NCBI GenBank assembly: GCA_016937995.1
Contig: JAFGVM010000051.1
Location: 1-44,315 of the forward strand
Direction of reading: 5' to 3'
Origin: Candidatus Delongbacteria bacterium
Lineage (GTDB): Bacteria; UBA4055
DNA length: 44,315 nt
Of this stretch, positions 27,773 through 34,371 are shown piece by piece. The notes under the pieces are model-generated. The model was not told where the DNA came from. It saw only the letters and a list, made by a program, of their open reading frames with translations, and did not search any database. Both the position numbers and the translations under genes were made by a program. The first letter of the stretch is position 1; every line of letters starts with the position of its first letter.

Positions 27773-28519
27773 TTATCTTTCCTTAAGCTCAACACTTATA
27801 TTTCCGAATGGAATTTCTTCAGGCCATAGTATCTTGTATCTGCGAGTACTTTTGGCTAAGATAGAAGATATCATTTTTGGAATATCTTTTGATGTTAACG
27901 TAATCTTTTTTGAACCTTTCTCAGGATCATCGTCACTCACATAACTAATTTCAAAGCAATAAGATGAAAGATCCCCATGCTTATTTCCGGAATTTTCAAC
28001 AATTATTTCAAGTTCCTGTTCTCCATCTGAATTCACTGGAGAATTTATTTCTTTTAAAGCTATTTTAGGAGCACTGTTTTCTGATTCTATATACAGTCTC
28101 CCTTCATAATTTTTTTTAACTTTTACTATTGCGACCTTATTATTATTTTTCCTTTCATTTTCAGGGAGTAATACTTCTTTGCATAGTACTGTGTAACTTT
28201 TCTCAATATCAAACGAAGGCTCCCCTGCCCATCTGATTTGAACGGATCTTTTCTCACCTGCATCAAGGATGAATTGAGCAGGATAAATTATAAAATCATC
28301 ATAAACCACTTCTCCCTGAATATGATTACCGTCAATATCTTTAGAAAATTCGTTTACGCTTATGTCAATTGGAACAACATTTTCTGATTCATTTTTCAAC
28401 GTGTAAATAAAGCTTGAATTTATCCCTGAAGGTGATAAAGTTACAGTTGGTGGAGAAAATGTGTATGAATATAATATCCCGTTCAGCAATATCGATATCA
28501 GTACAATAATTTTATTCAT
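27773..28519 (-). CDS. Periplasmic pilus chaperone (PapD-like)
   Basis: Signal peptide from MNKII (ATG 28519, AGGGA RBS). Motifs FSPPTVTL, FIIYPAQFILDAGEKRSVQIRW, EKSYTV and VENSGNKH. Confidence 0.88.
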   Translation of the reverse strand: MNKIIVLISILLNGILYSYTFSPPTVTLSPSGINSSFIYTLKNESENVVPIDISVNEFSKDIDGNHIQGEVVYDDFIIYPAQFILDAGEKRSVQIRWAGEPSFDIEKSYTVLCKEVLLPENERKNNNKVAIVKVKKNYEGRLYIESENSAPKIALKEINSPVNSDGEQELEIIVENSGNKHGDLSSYCFEISYVSDDDPEKGSKKITLTSKDIPKMISSILAKSTRRYKILWPEEIPFGNISVELKER

Positions 28520-28538
28520 TTTTATTCCCTTTTTGTTG

Positions 28539-28644
28539 CAGGCTAAATAGGTAATACCGGTTATAATGATCATAACTTTAGGGAGAAAAGTTATAATTTT
28601 ATGTAAAATACTGAATAACATTATACCGGTATCCTATTAGCTTG
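28539..28644 (-). other. Long intergenic stem-loop between pilin and chaperone
   Basis: Bulged ~26-bp inverted repeat (28539-28568 / 28619-28644) enclosing an inner ATAACTTT/AAAGTTAT hairpin. Confidence 0.7.
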
Positions 28645-28651
28645 TTAAGAA

Positions 28652-29182
28652 TTAATCTGCTGCCAGTGTGATTGTTAGGGTTTCAACGTATGTACCTACC
28701 AGTTTAGTTGAATGAGCTGCAGAAGCAATATCCATTACCAGATCGAACGAGTAATCTACTGTTGGAGTTGTAGCTGTTCCGGTTGGTGATATGGTCGCTG
28801 TACCTGAAACAAAAGTCAGATCAGCACCTGCTGCAGGAGCAAGTGTAAGGCCTGTTCCAAGAGTCCCACTAACATTAGCAATTTGCATTGTGTATGCAAT
28901 TGTTTGGTCCGGAGTATGATCAGCACAAGTAAGAACTTCCGACCCATCAATACTCATTGTCCATCCGAGTTCGCTATTATCGTTTACTGTCAGACCGGAA
29001 ACTACTGTTAGATCTGTAACATCCGCTCCTACAGTTAAAGCTGAGGCATTACCATCTGTAGGGAAAGTTCCGCCTGAAAATGCAAAAGTTGATGCTATTG
29101 AAACCTCTGCATCTCCACTTATTGCAAACACATTTGTTAAACCCAGTAGCATCATTGCTACGATCATTACCATTTTTTTCAT
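28652..29182 (-). CDS. Major pilin subunit of chaperone-usher pilus
   Basis: AAGGAG RBS and signal peptide ending VFA. Thr/Ala/Gly-rich beta protein with C-terminal VGTYVETLTITL. First gene before chaperone and usher. Confidence 0.82.
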   Translation of the reverse strand: MKKMVMIVAMMLLGLTNVFAISGDAEVSIASTFAFSGGTFPTDGNASALTVGADVTDLTVVSGLTVNDNSELGWTMSIDGSEVLTCADHTPDQTIAYTMQIANVSGTLGTGLTLAPAAGADLTFVSGTATISPTGTATTPTVDYSFDLVMDIASAAHSTKLVGTYVETLTITLAAD

Positions 29183-29242
29183 TTTTTTCTCCTTGTTTTT
29201 TTCTGGAATTACCCGATTAATTTGTGTACTACAATCATTCTT

Positions 29243-29258
29243 TGCAAACAGTATGCCA
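29243..29258 (-). promoter_or_regulatory. Sigma54 -24/-12 promoter of pilus operon
   Basis: Minus strand TGGCATACTGTTTGCA, a near-perfect TGGCAY-N5-TTGCW, about 60 nt upstream of the pilin ATG. Confidence 0.85.
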
Positions 29259-29441
29259 AAGTTCTTCTAAACAATGTTTTAGACTCATTTTATCTACATT
29301 TCAACTTAAAATGGAGATTTTATTTAACAATGATCTAAATTTGAACGACCTTGCCTAAATACTATTTTTATTACATGTTGCACAATTATATTACATTACT
29401 TATATTACTTTCCTTACATTTAATTTTTTGGTGGAGCAAAT

Positions 29442-31286
29442 ATGAAGAAATTGTGTTTTGTCTTTAACAGTAAAGAGAATACCAAGCGGTTTCCCGTTCT
29501 TATCGAAGAGCTTAACAGGACAAAGCTCAAAAAATCGGATTATGATATTTTTGACTCTGTTCTGGAAAAGAACAAACCTATTAATTGGAATAAATACAGT
29601 ATTATATTTGTACATTATACTGATCTTCAAAAATATGAGGAAGAATTCTATGATTCCGTTAAGAATTATAAAGGTAAAGCTGTTTATTTTTCAGGTGGAG
29701 TGTATAACTTTAAAGAAATCTCGGATAATGAATTCTCTTTGAACTACACTTATATGATAAAAGGTCTTCATGATTTTATTTCCAACTATCTAAAAACTAA
29801 TGAACCTGACTTTTCAATATTCAAAAAAATAATCATTAACAAAGACGATTATAATGAGATCATTAAAAGTAGCAACCTTCATAAAAAACTTGATAATTTT
29901 AATTATAACAAAATCATTGAATATTTAGAAACAAATTCTCAGGATAAAAAGATCTTATTCGTTGATGATGATATTTCTAATGAACTTCTAAAAAAATCCA
30001 ATAGAAACTTATTTTTAGCTAATAATTATAACTTGGCTGTTGAGTTTATCAAAAATGAGAATATTGAAATAGCATTATTGGATATTGAGTTGGAAAGTAT
30101 TGAATACAGTGGCTTTGACCTGATCAAACTACTACTGAACAGATCAAAAAATACAAAGATCATAATGCTCTCTGGATATGATAATTTTGAGATAACCTAT
30201 AAAACTTATCTTGCAGGTGCAAAACATTTTATATCAAAAGATAATTTTAATTTTGATTATTTTAAGTGCATCTTTAATTTGATCGATCTTGAAAATGCTC
30301 CGTTTATTGTAGGTAAAAGTCCGGTGACATTAAAAATGCACGAGTATCTGGCTTTCTACTCAAGATTTCATGAAGATGTAATGATTTACGGTGAAAATGG
30401 TACTGGCAAGGAACTTATAGCCAGATCTCTCTATCATATGGGAAAACATAAAGGGAAGATGATAACCAAAAATTGTGCAGGTATACCTGAAACATTATTT
30501 GAAAGTGAAATGTTCGGTTATAAAGACGGAGCATTTACCGGCGCATTAAAGGGCGGAAAAATCAGTCCTTTTGAAGAAGCAAAAGACGGAATATTGTTTC
30601 TTGATGAGATCGGAGAGCTACCATTAAATCAGCAGGTGAAATTACTTAGAGTTATTCAGGAAAGAGCTGTAACACATTTAGGTACAAGCATATCAACAAA
30701 ATTCAACACACGGCTCGTATTTGCAACTAATAAAAATCTGTTAAAAGAAACTGAGAACAACCTCTTCAGAGTAGACCTGTATTACCGTATCTCTGGAGCA
30801 GCTATCAATGTTCCACCTCTAAGAGATAGAAAAGAGGACCTTGAATTATTAATAGCATTCTTTACAAGTAAATTTTTCAAACGGAATAAGGAATTTTTAA
30901 AAATCGCACCATCAGTGTCACTGCATGATAAGACAATTGAAAGATTACTGAATTATGATTTTCCCGGAAATATACGTCAGCTTGAAAAATTGATCTATCA
31001 ATCAATAATGAAAATGATCGTTGAGAATAAGAAGATCCTTACAATAGAGATCCCTCAAAAAATAAATACTGATAATTCAAGAACAGATAAATCCCATATC
31101 GTTATCGAAGAGATAATTGAACTGCTTAGAAACAAAGTTTTTACAGCTAAAGGATTGCAAAAAGAATTAAAAAAAGATGTGATCAGATATTTGGTCAACA
31201 AGAACCATACAAACAAAGATATTGCAGAACTTTTCAATATGAATGAACAATCAGTAAGGAACCTTCGATTCGAACTAAAGATTTAA
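29442..31286 (+). CDS. Sigma54-dependent enhancer-binding protein (pseudo-REC, REC, AAA+, HTH)
   Basis: Receiver LFVDDD/LLDIEL/LSG/ISK. Walker A GENGTGKE, ESEMFG, GAFTGA, Walker B FLDEIGEL, FRVDLYYR and FPGNIRQL. C-terminal HTH (NKDIAELFNMNEQSVR). Confidence 0.95.
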   Translation: MKKLCFVFNSKENTKRFPVLIEELNRTKLKKSDYDIFDSVLEKNKPINWNKYSIIFVHYTDLQKYEEEFYDSVKNYKGKAVYFSGGVYNFKEISDNEFSLNYTYMIKGLHDFISNYLKTNEPDFSIFKKIIINKDDYNEIIKSSNLHKKLDNFNYNKIIEYLETNSQDKKILFVDDDISNELLKKSNRNLFLANNYNLAVEFIKNENIEIALLDIELESIEYSGFDLIKLLLNRSKNTKIIMLSGYDNFEITYKTYLAGAKHFISKDNFNFDYFKCIFNLIDLENAPFIVGKSPVTLKMHEYLAFYSRFHEDVMIYGENGTGKELIARSLYHMGKHKGKMITKNCAGIPETLFESEMFGYKDGAFTGALKGGKISPFEEAKDGILFLDEIGELPLNQQVKLLRVIQERAVTHLGTSISTKFNTRLVFATNKNLLKETENNLFRVDLYYRISGAAINVPPLRDRKEDLELLIAFFTSKFFKRNKEFLKIAPSVSLHDKTIERLLNYDFPGNIRQLEKLIYQSIMKMIVENKKILTIEIPQKINTDNSRTDKSHIVIEEIIELLRNKVFTAKGLQKELKKDVIRYLVNKNHTNKDIAELFNMNEQSVRNLRFELKI

Positions 31287-31321
31287 CTAGTGAATTACAC
31301 TATAATTTAATATATTCTGCT

Positions 31322-32386
31322 ATGGAAAAAGTTAAAGTACTGATATCCGACAATAATACTCAATTGCTTAATTTGAACGCAGATCTTCTGTTAAGTGCGT
31401 TCAATGACGATATACGGGCAACACCAAACAAAGATGAAGCTATTGAACTTCTTAAGACATTCAAACCTGACATTCTTGTAACTGATATTAATTTCAATTC
31501 AGATGATGACCCAAAGCAATCAGACCTGATGGCAATAGCCGGTGTAACTATCGCAAGGGCCGCCAGAATTAACTGCCCGTTCATAAAGATCATTGCGAGC
31601 AGCGGCTATAGAAATGATGATCTTGTATTTCAGAAAATACTGGAAAAGGACTGGTACGATGAATTTCATACAAAAGGAACTGTCGGCTTACTTGATCTTT
31701 ATAAAAAACTAAGGTACGAAGTATTAGTTTTTAAAACAGGATTAATTCCGAAATTATCAAAATTTTTTGCTCCTACGAATTTTGGATGGGAGATCAATAA
31801 AAGTATTTACCGTTTATTGCATACGAACTATACAAGAGAAGAAAATCTGCTTTACCTTGATGATATAGTTGAATATTACAATTCTTTTAAGGATATGCTG
31901 GATAAAAAGAATATGCTTCTGCTTGATAATTTCTTTGAAACATACAAAGAAAGAGATGTTACAGACCATGAGAGAGAATATGTAAAGGAATCATTTTATT
32001 TTTCACCACATGAATTACCTTATTCAAATAATTTTCCGAGAAGAACTTTATACTGTGAAAAAAATATTATCCTTGGCATCTGGAATAAAATAATCAGTGA
32101 AAGCAGAGATAATTCAGTAATTGATAAAGTAACTTTTTCATGTGATAAGAGCGATTTCATAATGAAGTTCACAATAATTCAACCTAATGAATTCGATTTT
32201 AAAAAATTTATCAGCTCGAACAAAACTTACTATCTCTATAAAACCATAAACAATTACGGAAACATGATAATAAAAAGTAATGATAAGGAATTAGATATTT
32301 TAACAGGTGTAATTAAGGAGAATGAGAATAAAATTGATGGTACGATCATTGACCTTTCTCTTAAGATCATACCCACATCAAAATAG
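31322..32386 (+). CDS. Response regulator with unknown C-terminal region (possibly degenerate GHKL-like)
   Basis: Receiver VLISDNN/LVTDINF/ASSG/HTKG. The C-terminus ends IIKSN...GTIIDLSL, like the last strands of HATPase domains. Confidence 0.7.
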   Translation: MEKVKVLISDNNTQLLNLNADLLLSAFNDDIRATPNKDEAIELLKTFKPDILVTDINFNSDDDPKQSDLMAIAGVTIARAARINCPFIKIIASSGYRNDDLVFQKILEKDWYDEFHTKGTVGLLDLYKKLRYEVLVFKTGLIPKLSKFFAPTNFGWEINKSIYRLLHTNYTREENLLYLDDIVEYYNSFKDMLDKKNMLLLDNFFETYKERDVTDHEREYVKESFYFSPHELPYSNNFPRRTLYCEKNIILGIWNKIISESRDNSVIDKVTFSCDKSDFIMKFTIIQPNEFDFKKFISSNKTYYLYKTINNYGNMIIKSNDKELDILTGVIKENENKIDGTIIDLSLKIIPTSK

Positions 32387-32394
32387 CAGGATAT

Positions 32395-32859
32395 TTATGA
32401 AATAAAGCTCATTGTTAACCAATTGAGATTTTCTGTGGATTTGTTTTTAAGATTCCCGATCTCTCCCAAAGATTCAAGTATTTCACTTAATCTGTTCTTA
32501 TCTAACGGTTTTACAAAATACTCAATAATTCCTAGATCAATGGCTTTTCTAACATCAGAATCGTTCCTGGAAGTAGTTAATACAACTACTGGCAACCCAC
32601 TCAGTAATTCATGTTTTCGAATTTCTTTTAGAACTTCAAAACCATCAAATTCAGGCAGATTCAGATCTAATATCGTAAGATTTGGCAGTGCTTTTGCTGA
32701 TGCTCGGTCATGGAATAAATAATTCAGTGCTTTTTTACCATCATCAACATGATCTATCGTAGATATCTTTTCTATTTTTTCCAAGGTCATTCTAGCGATC
32801 ATGGCATGATCCGGATTATCTTCTACCAGCAGTACTTTAAATTCTTTATCCGTTTTCAT
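32395..32859 (-). CDS. Single-domain response regulator
   Basis: LLVEDNPDHA, ILDLNLP, LTTS, FVKP; close paralog of 33126..33728. Confidence 0.92.
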   Translation of the reverse strand: MKTDKEFKVLLVEDNPDHAMIARMTLEKIEKISTIDHVDDGKKALNYLFHDRASAKALPNLTILDLNLPEFDGFEVLKEIRKHELLSGLPVVVLTTSRNDSDVRKAIDLGIIEYFVKPLDKNRLSEILESLGEIGNLKNKSTENLNWLTMSFIS

Positions 32860-32984
32860 AATTTTACCTGTTCTTTTTATTTATAAAATTTCATAAATCT
32901 CTTTGCTCACGAACCTTTACTCCTGAATGTACTCATATTTTATTTCAATATGTATTCGGTTATTCTTTCCTGACAATACTAATT

Positions 32985-33000
32985 TGCAATATTTATGCCA
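32985..33000 (-). promoter_or_regulatory. Sigma54 -24/-12 promoter
   Basis: Minus strand TGGCATAAATATTGCA, intergenic, about 125 nt upstream of the receiver gene. Confidence 0.8.
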
Positions 33001-33125
33001 ACTATTTCCCATTGTGTTTTTCATAGCTAAATATCAATTTCTACAACTGTTTTGAATTGTTGGAATAATATTAATAGTACAAATTTCAAAGTATCAAATC
33101 CATACTGGATATTTATCGTATCGGA

Positions 33126-33728
33126 TTAGTTTAGGTGATTTTTATAATGTTTTTCAAGACACTCAGGACAAACACTATGACTAAATTCAACTTTTATATC
33201 ATCTGAATATTTTTTGTCAAATAATTCCCAAAGACCTTTTTGATTTCTGATCTTTTGACAATGACAACAAATAGAAATAATTCTTTTACAATTAAGTTCT
33301 TCCAAAGATTTATTTTTTAAATTTTTAACCCTATCAATTGAATCAAGAATCTCTGAAAGTTTTTCATGATCTAAGGGTTTTATTAAATATTCTATTACTC
33401 CTAGATTTATGGCTTTACTCACATCAGATTCATGTTCAGAAGTTGTTAGAACTACAACAGGTAACTGACTAATATTTTCATGATTTCTTATCTCTTTTAA
33501 TACTTCAAAACCATTAACTTCAGGAAGATTGAGATCAAGTATTGTTAGATTTGGAAGAACTTTTGCTGAAGAATCCAGATCAAATAAGTAATTCAGTGCC
33601 TTTTGACCGTCTACAACATGATCAACTTTAGATATCCTATCTAATTTTTTTAATGTCATTTTAGCTATCAGTGCATGATCAGGATTATCTTCGACCAACA
33701 AAACCTTACATTCTCTTTTTTCATTCAT
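33126..33728 (-). CDS. Response regulator with C-terminal Cys-rich (CxxC...CxxC) domain
   Basis: Receiver plus ICCHCQKIR...W...FSHSVCPEC. Confidence 0.92.
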   Translation of the reverse strand: MNEKRECKVLLVEDNPDHALIAKMTLKKLDRISKVDHVVDGQKALNYLFDLDSSAKVLPNLTILDLNLPEVNGFEVLKEIRNHENISQLPVVVLTTSEHESDVSKAINLGVIEYLIKPLDHEKLSEILDSIDRVKNLKNKSLEELNCKRIISICCHCQKIRNQKGLWELFDKKYSDDIKVEFSHSVCPECLEKHYKNHLN

Positions 33729-33772
33729 GATACATCCTATGATTAAAACTTAATTAATTGTGTGTAATTAAA

Positions 33773-33823
33773 ATGCTATGCTAACTCAGTGAGGAGGGGG
33801 AGAAAATTAAATTAGCATAGCAT
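33773..33823 (-). other. Perfect 12-bp hairpin with pyrimidine-rich loop (terminator or sRNA element)
   Basis: ATGCTATGCTAA / TTAGCATAGCAT. The minus-strand loop contains TTTTCTCCCCCTCCTC and a short T run follows. Confidence 0.6.
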
Positions 33824-33841
33824 CTTGTGAAGTCCATTAAT

Positions 33842-34159
33842 TCAAAATTTCCCATCCTTCAGATATTCGTTATTTATGTATATGCTCACTAAATTGTTGG
33901 TCCATTTCAAAACTAAAGAATGCAAACTTTGAATTTTAGAATTTTTTACAACGGTAGAAATTATTGTTCTTTCTTTATTGCTCCCGAGATCTAAAACTAC
34001 AGACACCTTATTACCTTCGGATATTATGCTGCATTCTTTTCCTGTAAGATCAAACTTTTTCCATATGTAATTTCGACCTGATTGAAAAATACCTGTGTTG
34101 TGATCATTCTTAAACCATAACGCAACACTTCCATACCAGTTAATTGAATCCCTCATCAA
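33842..34159 (-). CDS. Hypothetical protein, LamG/concanavalin-like jelly-roll motifs
   Basis: GSVALWFK and HSLVLKW...VSIYINNE resemble LamG-type strands; AAGGA RBS. Confidence 0.55.
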   Translation of the reverse strand: MMRDSINWYGSVALWFKNDHNTGIFQSGRNYIWKKFDLTGKECSIISEGNKVSVVLDLGSNKERTIISTVVKNSKIQSLHSLVLKWTNNLVSIYINNEYLKDGKF

Positions 34160-34371
34160 TTTTCCTTATTTTCATTAGGTATCGTTAATTCCTATGCATC
34201 TTATAAATCTTCATATTCAATTTAGTTCATAGTGATCTCATTCTCAATACGACAACATTTATGAACACTTAATTTGTGCAAACGGAATAGGACATATTTA
34301 CAACTCACATTGTATTGTGTATTTATTTTGACAGTTAGATATTATGGATTACTAAAATGATTTATCCAATA

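Noticed and set aside
28520-28621. N-terminal extension of the chaperone given by the ORF track
   Set aside because: It runs through the intergenic stem-loop. ATG 28519 has an RBS and yields a proper signal peptide.
29270-29400. IHF site (AAACAATGTTTTA) and bEBP enhancer sites upstream of the sigma54 promoters
   Set aside because: Only mismatched matches in very AT-rich DNA; I could not find a palindrome shared by all three promoters by eye.
29400-29742. ORFs 29400..29630 (-) and 29458..29742 (+)
   Set aside because: They overlap the bEBP gene and have no independent support.
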